From Lobosporangium transversale (taxonomy: Eukaryota), in NCBI RefSeq assembly GCF_002105155.1, contig NW_019029000.1, positions 496,001 to 560,000 of the forward strand: DNA of 64,000 bases, read 5' to 3'. The notes beneath the pieces were generated by a model. That model did not search any database and was not told the DNA's origin. It worked only from the letters and a program-made list of their open reading frames with translations. How positions within the stretch are numbered: the stretch's first letter is position 1; the number at the start of each line of letters is the position of its first letter. The translations under genes and the position numbers were made by a program. Positions 1 through 14,319 of this stretch are shown here, piece after piece.

Positions 1-983
1 AGTTTACAATCCACGAACGAATGTATCTCAAGAATTTTGGGTCGTGCTTGATCACAGAAGTACTGAAGGAACGTATGGAAGCAGCTGACAAAGCCAAAGG
101 AGTTTTTATCAAAAGGTTAGACATGTCACATTTGTCTATGGCCTGGTACCTATTTTGTGGCCATTAAGTATTCTAACTCTTTTATTTTTTTTCTCTGTGG
201 CATTTGGCATATAAACAAATAGCATTTCTCATGAGCTTAGGACGCCACTTCATATTATTTTGGGCACTCTAGAGCTACTCTACAACAATCCGAATGAAAC
301 TCTGAATGACCATCAATTATCCTTAATTGCATCTGCTGAGGCCTCTGGTAAAGGGCTGATTGACACTATCAACAACATTATTGACCTAGCCGATCTGGAT
401 CCGGAAGAAAACTCTGGATTTGAAGGCGCCTCTCGCCGATCAAGCTCACTACCAGAACTTTACACACATGTTGCAGAAGTTGATATCCGAGATCTTTGTG
501 AACAAGTCGCTGGCTCAACGGCGAAAGCCTGTTTAGACAAAAACATAATAGTCACTCCTACATGGTCTAATAAGAGCAATTCAGTACCACTCTCGGATTC
601 TGCTTCAGGATCTACATCGCATGCCAGCGCTACAGCCACGAACACGCACTCTACCTCGGATTCATTGCATGTTCTCCATAACGGGTCTTTGCCAGAGGAA
701 TATGCAAATAGCGAACGCTCGTCGGTCGAATCCCAGAATGCATTTGCCAATGCAGGGCTTCGCTCGGAGCAAAAGCCCACTCTGGAATTGCTGGTAGCCA
801 TGGATGAACCGGAGAAGGATCCAAGTCGAGAGACTGCCTGGAACTTCTTGCTCAATTTGCCTGTGACCAAGCGTATCCTGACCCAGGTATGTGCGTAAAC
901 CTACCATTGGTTTTTTTTAAAATATTATTGTGATTATATGAAGTGTCAGCATCTAACAATGCTCGCCATTAACTTTTTCATCA

Positions 984-1047
<64 letters not shown>

Positions 1048-2968
1048 TCTAGAAAATGCGCTCAAGTTTACCACGACAGGTTTTGTGGAGATCTCTGCAG
1101 TATCACCACCACTATCTACTTTGCCTCTCAAACCTCCTAACCCTGACGCACGCCCGATTCTGTTCACAGTCCGAGATACTGGACGGGGTATTTCACCCGA
1201 GTTTGTTCAAGCACATCTTTTCCAGCGTTTCACCCAAGAGGATCCTCTGCAAGTTGGTACAGGACTCGGCTTAGCTCTTGTGAAGCTTTTGGTGGAGAGC
1301 TTAGGTGGGTGGCTTGAGATTTGGAGTGAAGGTATTGAGGGTAAAGGATGTGTGGTCCGAGTCTTGATCTGGGCTACACCTGTCGACAACGTCATCAAAT
1401 CCCTCAAAGATGAACCAGGTGCATGGCAAGAAAAATCTTGTCGTTTCTACACTGGCGAGTCGGCGGTCAGCACAGATCGTCTTTGGAAAATCATGGGAGA
1501 ACGGATGATGTGCCAGGACCTTAACATGAATGTCGAGAGGGGCAACGAACAAGATATTAGTCCAGAAGATATGCTGAAGAACCTGAGTGATCACTCGCCT
1601 TGCGATCTTCTGATCTTCAATGACGACTTAATAAGGCTTAAGGCGTACCTTTTGCATTTGGTGGATCGGCATGCTGCTGCTGAAGTAAATGGTGTTGCTC
1701 CATCGAAAGCACCAACACCGCTACTGATGTTGACGTCTGCTGCGACAGCAAAGAAGGCTCGACATCTCGTTGATGCTTACAAAGTCGCTTGGAAGGAGCG
1801 TGGGCATCTGGATTATCCTGCGAACGTAGTGTTAATGCCCAAACCTATTGGACCTCTCAAGCTCATGCGCTGCCTTTACACCTGCTTCGAGCCTATCAAT
1901 ATCAACGATCATTTGCAATCTATAGAGGCTGCAGAAACATCTGCAAAACGATTTAACCCTCCTCCGTTGACTAGGTCAGCCACTGTTCCCCATATCACCA
2001 CGATGGCTTTAAGTACTCACGACAACAGACCACTATCTGCAGGGACGATGGTCAAGTCGTCTTTCAAGTTTCCGACTTCGACATTAGCGATGATCGACAT
2101 AGGTGATCTCTCGACCTCTTCATATTCAACCAATGGATTGGTTCCACGACGAGCAAGTTCCTCAGTTGGATCAGATGATTTTGTTTCAACTTCAAGTACG
2201 AATGGTTCATCGATGTCGTCAAAGTCCAAGCCTCCACGTTCAATCCGGGGCTTTGCAGGGCATAAAAAAGACACGACTAAGGTTCGTAGCAAGAAACAGC
2301 CCTTGTCAGAAGAGGCCGTCGCGGAAGTAGCAGCTACGGCTACGGTCGTGGAAGAGCAGCGGACTACTGATGCGGATGGGCATACTCTCGTCTCGCGTGG
2401 TGTTGAATATACGGACCAACTGGGAGCACTTAAGCCTGTTCCACGCGTATTAATCGTGGAAGACAATGTCACAAACCGCATGATCCTGCGAACGTTCTTA
2501 AAAAAGCGTGGTGTATCTGTTGTGGAGGCTGAAAATGGCAAGCTCGGTGTAGAACGGTTCCAAGAGGAAGTCTGGAGACGACAAGGTCGATCAGGTTTTG
2601 AATTTGTGTTGATGGACTTGCAGATGCCCGTAATGGATGGTAATCTTGCGACGAAACGTATACGCGAATTTGAGCAGAGTATGGTGAAGCAGCATGGACT
2701 TTCGATGCCTGAATCTAATACTCAAGATGATGATGATGATGATATATCAGATGAGAAGAGGCAGAAAAAGAGCGTGCCAACGTCTGAAATACGAGGCTAC
2801 CGACCTACTGCGATCTTTGCGCTGACAGGTCTAGCAGGAGAAGAGGACAAGCGGCTAGCATTTGAGAGTGGTGTGGATGGGTACTTGACTAAGCCTGTCA
2901 GCCTGAAGACCCTGGGCGCGTTACTGTCCAGTTTTCATCCAAGTCATTCAGAACAAAGCAACCCTTAG
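1..2968 (+). CDS. Hybrid sensor histidine kinase / response regulator, 5' end outside the window; exons <1-115, 223-886, 1046-2968
   Basis: GT-AG splicing joins the H-box FIKSISHELRTPLHIILG, N-box LLENALKFT, G1 box VRDTGRGIS and G2 box GTGLGLALVK. The C-terminal receiver reads VLIVEDN...LMDLQMPVMDG...YLTKP. Confidence 0.93.
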
Positions 2969-2984
2969 TGTATATCCTCCCATA

Positions 2985-3022
<38 letters not shown>

Positions 3023-3317
3023 CAATTTCCATCTTACGTTATGGACGAACTAATGTATTTTTTTGTTTACTTCTTTTTTGCTGTCTTCATTTTGCACTAT
3101 CGAAAAACGCGAAGCACTTGTTCATTCATTTAATTTTGTTTACCGTTTGCCTTCTTTCTCTTCCTTTTACATGTGCGTACCCTGTACATTAGTTAGTCAA
3201 CATTTAACAATCCTTCCAAAGGAATAAAAAAAAATAAAAAATAAAAAATAAAATTAAATATCACTGAATCCTTTAATTTGGGGTATATATTTGTTTTTTT
3301 AAAGAATAAAAGGTTCA

Positions 3318-5513
3318 TTATCCTAACGAGGGAAGTCGGCGGTGGAAACCCCCTTGAGTATGATCGCGATTTTGATGGAGACCCCATAAACTCCAACGGT
3401 GTTTCTTTTTGCCCCCTGTTGTGGTGCTTCCAGTAGAGTCCTGCTGTTGTTGTTGCTTCTGTTTTCCCATAATAGGGCCTACTGTGGCGGTTGTCAATTG
3501 CTCCGCTTGCTGTAGCTTCAATTCCAACTGACTAGACGAGATAAGATCCCCAGCAATGTTGTATTGACCTCGTCGAGAGGCTGGCATGCGAGATCCTGCT
3601 GCTTCTTGTGGCGATGTTGGCAAAGTTGATGACACAGATGTGCCCCTCACTGTTGCTAATCCTGCTGCAATAGGATTAGATGAAGTCGATGAATCGCTAG
3701 AGTTGGGTGCTGCACCAAAACCTTGAGCTTCTCCTCCTTCTTGGTGCTGCTGGTGCTGTTGATTTTGTTGCTGTGCCTTTCTGGCCGCCGAAGCGGCTGC
3801 AGCTGCAGCTGCATGTTCTTCACAATACTTGTCATATTTAGGTTTCCAGATCCAAGAGTTTCCAAATTGAGTAGCTCCTTGAGCACATGCTAAACGGTAA
3901 TACCTTGCTGCTTCGAATGCATCCTTTTCAGTCCCGATACCATCCATGAAGCATTGTGCGGTCTCATTCTGGGAATCAGCGTCTCCCTAACGAGTTATTA
4001 AATCAAAAGAGTAAATAAATAAGCAAAAAAAAAAAAACATTTTTTCATTTGTTTTTTTTTTTTTTTTTTTTTTTTACTTAATTGAACTTACTAGATCAGC
4101 TGCAAGCTTAAAATAGTTGAAAGCAACGGTTTTGTCCTTTTGAACGCCCCAACCCTTTAAGAAAGACATGCCAAGTTCATAAAGAGCCATGACCAATTCC
4201 TTGCGTGCTGTCACCACAGCGGACCGTCTATCCACTGTCCCCATACGCCGCAAATTTGTTGATCCCATACTGTTATTAGTGTTGGAGGCGGATGGTTCTT
4301 TTGCTTCATGTTTCTGTTGCTGTTGTTGGATCGCCCGGATATTGGCAGTGTTTCCAGGCAACAAATCCTTAAGCTCATTCATTGCATATGCTGCAGCACG
4401 TTGTAAGTACACGATTGCCTCTTTAGGATTTGGATTGCAACCCTTTTTTTTTTATATTTTTAAAGTTAATAAATGAATACAAACATTAATGCAAAGTCCT
4501 TACTTCCCGTTGTTTCCAGTTTTTTTTTTTTTTTTTTTTTTTTATAGACTTACCCAACCATGTCGAAGTGACAGTCCATACATGAGCTGACCAACAGGAT
4601 TTTCGCTTTGAGCAGCCAATCGGAAATAATAGGTTGCCTCCTCGAGTTGATCTCCTTCATGTAATTCGATTGCCCGCTGAATATAGGCATCTGCTTCTGC
4701 TTCCCTTTGTTGGGCTGGAGTCAACACTTGAGCTGCCACGCCCGGCGAAAGTTGAGTTGACCGCTTCGCCTTATTAGGAGGGGGACGTTGTGCTTGTGCA
4801 AAAGCAATCGATCGACTTTGGTCTTCATTTGTTGTGATGGTTGCTGTAATAGTTGTCAAGGTTTTATTGTTTGGGTTAATGGTATTGACGTTGAGCTTGC
4901 TCCTGGTATTGGTGTTGACTGATGAGGAAGTAGGGACAGAAGCGGATTGAGCCACTGGTAATGGTACTGGCGCTGACATAAGTACTGGTGGAGTTTGAGG
5001 AGCTACAGGTGCCTGTACCGATTCAATTACTGATGTCGGTTGTTGCACCGCATTTTTAGGTTGCCACTGAGTCTTTGGTACATAAGGCTGCTGATAGTAT
5101 TGTTGGTGTGGCCGTGGTGGGATCAATGGAGCTGATACTGTTGCTGGGCCTGGAGCTGGAGGTGGAATGTAATTAGGATGGAGCTCTTGTAGCTGTGGTC
5201 CAGGATATTGTTCGTGTGGCAAGGATTTATCCCGAATATTCAGGGCATCGATAGCAAGGTCATTCATACTTTTTGCTGTGTTATCGTTGTTGCTATTATT
5301 ATTATTATCGATTGCATTGTAATCCAGAAGAGAAAAAAAAAACTCTTGTCAGACTCAAGAATTGGTTATGACAGAAAAGTTCACAATGGATAACGACTTT
5401 TAATCTTTTTTCTTTTCTTTTTTTTTTTTTTTTTTTTTTTTTTCTTACAAAGTAGGCTGGAGGACAGCCTCTTTAGTGGTGTTAGGCTCTGAGCTTGTAG
5501 GTGAGCTGGACAT
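3318..5513 (-). CDS. Sel1-like repeat protein, Dsf2/Nif1-like; about 4 exons (5513-5449, 5292-~4553, ~4442-4093, ~3986-3318)
   Basis: Sel1 repeats GQLMYGLSLRHGWGC, LYELGMSFLKGWGVQKD and CFMDGIGTEKD, with the terminal motif GNSWIWKPKY that I associate with Dsf2/Nif1 proteins. Exon 1-2 phases match (TT|C). Confidence 0.85.
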
Positions 5514-8500
5514 TGTGAATTTTGAGTGATTATGAGATGAGAAAAGAGAGGAAAATGAAAAGGGGAGAGAGAATACATTGGAGCAGATGAGGATTAAAAA
5601 AAAGCCTCCATTCAATGAAGTCATGAGCCCATGAAAATGAAACAAAAAGACAAACGAGGCTGAAGCACTTTTGTAAACGAGTAATTGCGCACAGCCCAAT
5701 GGTCTATTTTTGGAAGCCGGTGCTTTTCTTTAACATGCGCCCTTTTGGGCTTTTGTGGCGAAGTGATACAAAAAAAATGAAATGTCCATGGTGGAACAAC
5801 ACGTGTCCATATGGCAGCTTCCTTACTATTTTTTTTTTTTTTTTTTTTTTGCAATAGAGTCATTGGATATGCTGATGAAGCTGGTCAGGTGTACATTACA
5901 TTGCTCTACTCGTTGAGAACAAGGCCACGACTACGATTCAGCGAAGGAGAGAATTGTGGAAAGTTCCCAGTTACTGCCCTAGTATGTAGTGTAAAGTTTG
6001 ACACTTCTTTGTCCGTCCATGTATTTCGGTAGCAGACGAATTTGCCAATGTACTCGTAATTATTCAAAAAAGATATATTATTCCGACTACATTTTTGCAA
6101 TCTAAAAAGAAAGACTTGTTTTCTTTATCAGTTTCAAATGATCTTGTTCGAACTGTTGCACAAAGATTCAAAGGGATTTTAGGCCCGAATAGACTGATGA
6201 TAATGCAATTAAAATTGGTAGTGTTGAGTACATTTTCTTTGTAGTAGTATGTCACAGAGAATACATCGTAAACACCCTCTACACCAATGTTTAAGAATCT
6301 GGAAATCACCTACGGTGGGTTATTATTGGACAGTATTTATCATTGGTTTCATTCCTCTTTACGTTTGAGACAAATTACTTTTGCAAGGAAAAGTCCTGCA
6401 TGCAGAATGCACCTTTTAGACCATAAATCATGGACTGAATCGATCACAGACTATGCTCTTGCATTTCCCATGTGTCATTCACGCAGCATGGAACGAAGGA
6501 AAAAAATATGAGAACACACGGGCTTCGTAGATCACGATGGATGTCTCCTTTTGCATAGGAAACTGACAAAATGGATATTGGGGAGCTACCAGTGTCGCTT
6601 TGTTATTATCGGCATTTGAAGACAATCTTGAATGGAGCTGTCTCTAGTGTCATAGTTAGTCTAATGATTCATAGACAGACATCGATTGGTTTCACTGACA
6701 ACTGGCACAAGGGAGGACTATAATTTTTCAATTAATGTTGATGTTGACGCCTGTTATCATTCTTGAATGCTGCCGGGAGCTAGGCTTATGCGAATGAGCG
6801 ACCATTCTCAAATCTCTTTTGGAAAACCATTTGAGGTAAACAGATACGAGCTATGCTTTTCACTCTGACCACATCGTGTTCGAAATGGATCTGGCTGGTG
6901 CGGTAGTAATTCGAGAGCAGAAAGATGACTCTAAGGAAGCTGCTGCAGAGACACAGAGGCAATGCTGGTAAAAGCCTAATGAACGCTACCACTTGGTAGC
7001 CAAGATTCTATTTATTCGAAGAAGAAAAAAAAAAAAAAAATCAATTCAATCATATTAAAAAGTTAAATGAATTATATACTGACCATACGAAGTAACAGCT
7101 CTGTATGCGAGTGGAGGGAAGGATAAGATGGCTTTGATCGTTTTTTTTTTTTAATGCTGACTTTGAGTACTTTAATTCAGTTCACTCGTCATGCTTGAAT
7201 CATCGGTTTCTTATCGCTCATTGACCTTGTTATAGCCCATTCACTCTCTCCTTGATGAGTTAATTTTCTTTAATCCTATCAGTGTTTGCACTCACTTCAA
7301 ATACATTTATAATAAATTGCATTGTGTTTTCTAAGGTATCCCAGCTATATATATTTTGGTTCAGAACTTTCTCCTGACACGATGGCCATCATTATCTTTT
7401 TTGCTGTTGTTGTTGTTGTTGTTGTTGTTGTTATTGTGTTGTTGTTATTGTTGTTGTTGTTATTGTTGTTGTTGCTCGTCCAGTCGTCTGATCTTCCAAC
7501 CTTGTTGATCGCGGTGCTTGTCGACTATTTATTATCTTCCCGCAGCGCACAGTTCACCCCCCAATTCCACTGATTAAAATAACCCAAAAAAAAAAAAAAA
7601 AAAAAAAGACATGGCGATGAGCAATGTGGGCGAGAGCCATGAAAAAAAAAAAAAAAAAAAAAAAAGTGACCGAGCAATTGTAATACAAATTATTCATTTA
7701 TAATAATAAACAATATTTCTGCTCTTTCCCAGACAGAGATGCATGCATGTAACCATTCATCCGGAGCAAAAAGGGAAAGTGAGGGAAGATAAACAAAAAA
7801 AAAAAAAAGGACATTGCATGGCAAGACTTCAGCAGTGCATGCATTGCACAGGCAGGAGACAAAGTAAAGCAACATCCATCTTATCCCGCCCTGCCGAATG
7901 TCAATGTCAATGATATATACCATTTTGATTTTGAAAACAAAGAAAGCACGTAAGACTGGCTTTGCGCAAGCAAGAAGAAAGACCCTTTTCATTTTATTCT
8001 CTTTTTTTTTTTTTCTTTCTCTTTTTGTTTCTCTCCTCTGTCTCTTCCTTTTTCTCACCACTCCTCTCTTCTCTTTTTATACATCTGCACAGCATTCATT
8101 CAGAGTTTGCATCTTTGGTCTCACAACAAGAAAAAAAAAGGTACACAAACACATACATTTATTCATATCGTATCGTTCTCTATCGCAATCATGTCATCTT
8201 CAAGATGAACTACTCCCAACCTTTACTCGCTTTGTCTGCTTTACTGTGCATCACAATTCACATTCACACTCTTCGCCTTGAGTTCGTTTCCTTCCTTCCA
8301 TCACAATTAACTCGCTTGATTCTCCCTTCCGCCTAATGTCTTTGCTTCCTCCTTCTCTTCGTTCCCACTTCTGTGCCTCTGTTGCTGCTGCAAGTTTTCA
8401 TCGCCCCTACAATTCCCTGCGTCCTTATGCATCTGCAAACAGTATTTAAATCAGAACCATCTTTGTAATCGCTTTCGTCTTTCAGCGCCAACAGCACAAA

Positions 8501-8958
8501 TGTCTATTTCAGAAGTGATATTTTTTGCATATCTCTTGCCCAATATGAGAAGGCAGTATCGACAGGATGTTAGTAAATTATGGGTGCTATCTATCTATAT
8601 CCAGTACTTCAGTATGATTCACAACAGAATTCGGATGGAATTGCGCTCAGAGACCCTTCTCATTCTTTTTCTCCCCACGCTATTTGTCCATGCATCAGCG
8701 TTTCGCCTCTGCAATGGACAATTATGATAAACAGGGCTCTCTCATTTTTGGCGTGTTTCCTCCTTCCCGCAACCCTTCATTCGATTTGACCTTCTCCTTC
8801 CAATTAATGTCTCTCTTACTCGGCTCAAATCATAAATCTCAAATCTCAAATCTTCTTATCCACCTTCTTGCAATCGCTTGAATTCGTCCCTGTGTACTTT
8901 ACTTCCTGCTATTCTCATCATGACGATGATAACGCAGCCGCTCTCCACGAGCGGATAT

Positions 8959-8992
<34 letters not shown>

Positions 8993-9785
8993 GAGCTTTA
9001 AGAAACAAGTGTTTGTAGCACAAGTTCTGATCGTGCAACAAACTAGCACGGTCATTCATCGTTTCTTTTTTTTCTCCTCTCTTCACTCAAACTTTTTGTC
9101 ACACCAACCATCACATTTGATGGACACAAGACTGGATGCAGTCGTTCTTTATTTTATTTTATTTATTTTTTGTTGTTGGAAGGGGTTACTGCAGACACAT
9201 TAAGTAAAAAGTTGCTATTTTCATACCTTTCTGCACCATCTGCATCTACGTTAAGAGATGACCAATATAATATAAGCATGACAAGATGTATGCAGCTGAG
9301 CAAATGTATTTACTCGACGTATTTTATTTTTTTTTGTTGCATTCTCGACATCGACCAATCCTCATCTGGACAAAGTTCTAAAAGTGTTGCTGGGTTCAGT
9401 GCATTTTCACCCACACGATTATACAAACAATTGTTCTAATCTACTAACAATTTTTTTTTCCCTCTCCTGTTTCCCCTATTATTTTTATGCTCCTTGCTCC
9501 ATAGACTTGTCGTTGCTTCTCTAACTCTTCATTGTCCCTTTGTTCACTGCCCAGCCGCCCCGTATTCCACATACTACTCTTTGCAGGACTATAAACAGGC
9601 ATCTAGCCTTTTTTCTCTTTTTTTTTTTCCCCTGGTGCGACTTTTTCCTCTGGACACTCTTCCTTGGCTCCTCAAGTCCTCGGTCTCTTTTTAGCATCAT
9701 CGGTATTTTCTTATTTCCTTAATAGGCAACACTTCTACAAGTAGTTGCTCATCCTTCCTACGGCAGCAGCCTCCTCAAGCACGCC

Positions 9786-12700
9786 ATGAACACAGATTTC
9801 GAATTGTTTGTTCCTTCACAGTCTTTTTCTCGGGGTTCAAATAATGAAATCAGTGGCAACGACGAGCAATTAAATAACAACAGCAACAACGAAAATATCA
9901 TTAGCAACAGTACTTGTGTTGATCAACTACTACAACATCCCCACATTGTATATCCGTCCAATTTACACACTGAGGTTAGCAGCCATCCTGAACGTACCAT
10001 GAGTTTGAGAAATCCCACTCCTACAAATTCAACCCTGATTAAATCAACATCATTATCATCATCGGTTTCCTTCCAACAGATTCCCGTTGATGTCAATAGG
10101 AACAAGTATCACGAGAATGCATCTGATCGATGTAGTAAGGCCTCATCGGTCGAGGACAGATCTTGTTCTGGGACATGGAGGATACATCAAGGCTCCACGT
10201 TTCATCGAAATGGATACGACTCTGAACAAGATGGTGATAGTTCTAGAAGGGGTAACGCTGACGGCCTACGGAATAGTCGCTACGGCGGAAACCGTAATAG
10301 CGACAGTAGTTGTAGCAGCAGCAGCAGCAGCAGCAGTAGCGGTACTGATTGCAGCGATTCTGAAGCCGAACAAAGGCATAAAGCCACTGAGCTTGGTATC
10401 CACCATAACAGACCCGTATCCATGAAACGCAGAAAAGTGAGCGAGGAAGAAGAGGAAAGCCAAGAAGAAGAAGAAGAAGAGGAAGAGGAAGAGGAAGAAG
10501 AAGAGAGCGAAAACAATGAAAGCAGTAGCCAATGTAGATTACGACGAAAGGCCAGCAACATCTACTTTTCCTCGAATTCTCAGAGTCAATCCCAATCATT
10601 GGAGCAATCGCCACCTCCATTATCTACAAGGCCATCCAGTTGGACAGCCCGAAAGCGTAGGAGTATTTTAACAGATTCACCATCAGCATCTTCCGTACCA
10701 CAACAACACACGGGCAACAACATTGACACGTCGTCGCTTAGCTTGCTGTCCGCAACTTCAGCAATGGTATCTGAAGGCACTATCCCTACCTTGGCTCTTG
10801 GCAGAGATAAATCAAGCAAATTGCTGTCATCGTCTTCCTTTCCAACAATAAGCTTTTCCTCTGACTTTGATACATTCACGTTCTGTGCAAAAATAACAGA
10901 TGAACACGAGAAAACAAAAAAGCATGCTCCTTCGTCCTCCAATCCATCACCTTGTCCACACCTACAATGCCGCTCTTTTATTTCGGGAGCATGTCGTAAA
11001 CGAAGCTTTGAAGACGCTATCGAGTTGACGCGACCATTAGGAAATAGTCGTGGTCTTTCGACAGCAGCAGCAGAATTACAACTTGGATGGTTTGGGTCGA
11101 TTAAAAGACGCAAGATCCATCATTTCCCCACACGATGGACATCAGCTCTTTCACCATCGCCTTATGTTAAATTGATGGCTATGCGCGACTTTTGGGACGT
11201 CATGAGAGCTCGTTTGGATCTATCGTGGTTAGATCTGTGGACGATCACAACCCCGACTTCAAGTATCGAATGGCGTAAGAACTGTGTTCAGTCTACCATA
11301 GACGATAATGATGACGTTGATACATCAGAGAAAATTAAGAGTAACAAGGTCATTACAAAGAAGTTTGGCATGTCGCCCACGAGCAATGAGGCTCCTAAAG
11401 GAGGATTTGATAAGGATAGTGTAAACTCAACTGAGTTTTGCGAGACAGTGGACATGGAAACAGCTGCCACTGATGTATTGAACGAAGAAGCAGACAATGA
11501 TGCCGATGATGTCGAAGGCTATAAGGATAAAGAAGAGAAAGAAGGCGCTTTCGATAGCAATAACGATAACGATAACGATAAAGATGGGGAAAAGATCCTT
11601 AACTCAAGGATAGCGAAGTTAAGGCAGTCGCATCATACGATGGATACGAAGCAAACGCGTCACAAGACGGTGATTCAACACCCAAGCCCCAGTCAACTTT
11701 TAAAGGGACTTTGGGAGGAAGAAGAGAGAAACCGTCGCCAACTACAGATGATCCCAGAATTTGTCCACAAGCCGCAGAGAAGCAAGGTCCTGAACAGAAA
11801 ACCTATTCTCAAGAAGAATATCATAATCAGCCAGGGAACAACCGACAATGCGGCATGGATCAGACCAAAAGTAGTTCAGGAAGCGCCACCTTCGTCATCA
11901 ACAACATTGGAGCCATCGTCCTCAGTCTCTTCAGAGAACACCGACCAGACAATGACTGGATCCGAGTCGCAGACCGAGGTTGACAATGCCGTTACTGGTT
12001 CGAGTTCGGGATCATCTTCTTCCTCTCCTTCTTCAGCTGCAAATAACAGTCAATATTCAGATCAGGAGATAATGCTGAGAAAGAAACATGGTGTTGCTGT
12101 TGCTGCTCGTTGTAAGTCTATTTTTTATTTTTTATTTTTATTTTTATTTTTATTTTTTTTTAAAGAAAGAAAAAGTTAATTTGTATACTACTTTACTGTG
12201 TGCTCGAAAACAAAAAGCAAACTGCTGATTTTTTTTATTTTTATTTTTATTTTTTATGCTGAATAATCATAGCCAATGCACTCTCTGAAGGGTACGATCT
12301 GAACGAATACAAGCCATGGAGAGACGGTACGGTAGAGCCCGATCGAGGTGACATTGGTCAGCTTTGTCGGATGCGCAGGACAGTGATGGAACCATGGCCT
12401 CTAGAAGAGTCAAGAGCCAAGGTTGAATGTGCTCGGATGCTGCATCGAATGCGCGAGCAACTGAATGTGGTCATCAACCTTCAAAGTACGTGTTAACTTT
12501 TTTAATTCTTGTTCTTGAAGTAGGATTTCTCGATCCATATGTATTAACAATAGCATCGTTCGTTTCTACTTTTAATTCCTCACTGTCCTACTTTTAGTTC
12601 ACCTGCGCTCCATGATAAAGACAACCCCCTCACACATGTCGTTCTTGCTGTCGATCCGCCATCCGGGTCAGGTCTCTGTCGAGCTCTTAAACGCACTCTA

Positions 12701-13460
12701 CGGACCGCAGTTCTTGCAGACGAGTGCTTTTCGAGCCATTGAGCAGCTCTTGTGGGGAAAGAATCCGTCTCCACAAATCGAGTATCAGGAGCGGTACCAC
12801 CAGCATCAGCATGAACAGCAATATCAAAAGCGTTCAGAGGAATCTTCTAGTTCTGAGCAGCATGATCATCCACCTTCATATGAGTATACTCACTCACAGA
12901 CGCCAGAGTACCGCTACCGTGATCAAGACCAAGAATCATACGATGAAAGTAATGCTATGGAAGATCACAGTGATGTCTATGATTACCACCACCGACCCCA
13001 AGGATACTCTCGCCGCCAAAACTGTCACCATGATCAAGATCGTGATCAACGTCAGCATCATCACTATGGTCATGGTGATCCGACTATAGACAAGGATATA
13101 GAGTGTGAGTTTGAAGAAGAGTTTGATGAACAATCATATCAAGATCCGATGCTTATGGAGATTGGACGAATCTCTTCTATGACTGAAGCCAAGGGTCATC
13201 AAAATAACGATCATCCTTACGAGCGGGACCAAGATCAGGACCAGCATAGGGACAAAGACATTGGTACTAGCATGGTAGATGGTGGGGCTCGAAATGGACA
13301 CCTACTCTACGCACAATTACAACAACAAACTGAGGTTATACACGAAGAAACCGAATCGAGTTCAAAGACCGAAAGCGAAATTGAGACACTTGGTGTAGCT
13401 CCATCCAAGAGACGTGACAGCGGTATGGTGATTGATCTGGATCAGGATCTTGCATTCTAA
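9786..13460 (+). CDS. Hypothetical protein, mostly low-complexity (Ser/Glu-rich) with one ordered segment; exons 9786-12111, 12273-12485, 12598-13460
   Basis: Long ORFs joined in frame by two GT-AG introns (T|CC, A|TT). Family not recognised. Confidence 0.8.
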
Positions 13461-13825
13461 AGGAGAAAAAAGAAAGAAAGAAAAAACCAAGTATCTTTTA
13501 TTATTATTATTATTATTATTATTCTTTCTTATTTTATTTTATTTTCTTGTTATACATGGATACCATTGTAGAATAGTCGCTATTGTTTCGTCGTTTTTTT
13601 CATCGCTTGTTTTTTCCTGTCGTTTTTTGTCGTTCGTTCAATGTAGTATAGAAATTTGATTCGTATGTTGTGTTATTGTTTTTCATCTTTGCTGCATTTA
13701 CTCTGTATGGTTTGTATTTGTGAATAAAGCTTTATGGGAAAGTCTCAAATCTGGAATAAAACCATGGCCTTTGGTCTAAGCATTCATACTCTTTCTCTTC
13801 AACTGTGAGGTTAGTTCACACAAAG

Positions 13826-13856
<31 letters not shown>

Positions 13857-14288
13857 GGCTACTGGCAAAAATTCGGGAACGATAGTACTTACCCAGGTCC
13901 TCTTGAGCGAGTGGCGATGCCCTCTGCACTCATTTATGTGGACTCTTCCTGTGAGTTCTGTTTACCATCGGATCCACTCGTCAATCAGTACCGAGGATTG
14001 ATCGTTTTGATGCGTGAAATTGAATGTAACCCTCGAGTTTGAAACACAGCCTTCCTGCTTGCAACGGGAAGTATCACTCGTCTGGCAAACGCATTTGCTC
14101 TCCCCCTAACCAGTCGCAGCCCATCTCCTCGTTGTAAATAAAAGTATAAGATCATCGGTTGCCATTCAGGAGGCTTTCATGAAAAGCGTGCAACAAATGT
14201 TGAGGGCATCTCAAAGTCATACACAGTACACTATAGAATTCACAGCCTGCTCCATATTATTTGAAATATCCGACTTCTCTTCGCTTCC

Positions 14289-14319
<31 letters not shown>

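Noticed and set aside
5600..9780. Many short ORFs rich in poly-F, poly-K or poly-L here and at 13.5-17 kb and 27.6-29.7 kb
   Set aside because: By-products of homopolymer and microsatellite tracts; no coding signal or recognisable motif.
13885..14050. TACTTACCCAGG resembling the U1 snRNA 5' end
   Set aside because: It differs from ATACTTACCTGG and lacks the U1-70K loop and a properly placed Sm site; better explained as the reverse complement of a splice-donor-like sequence.
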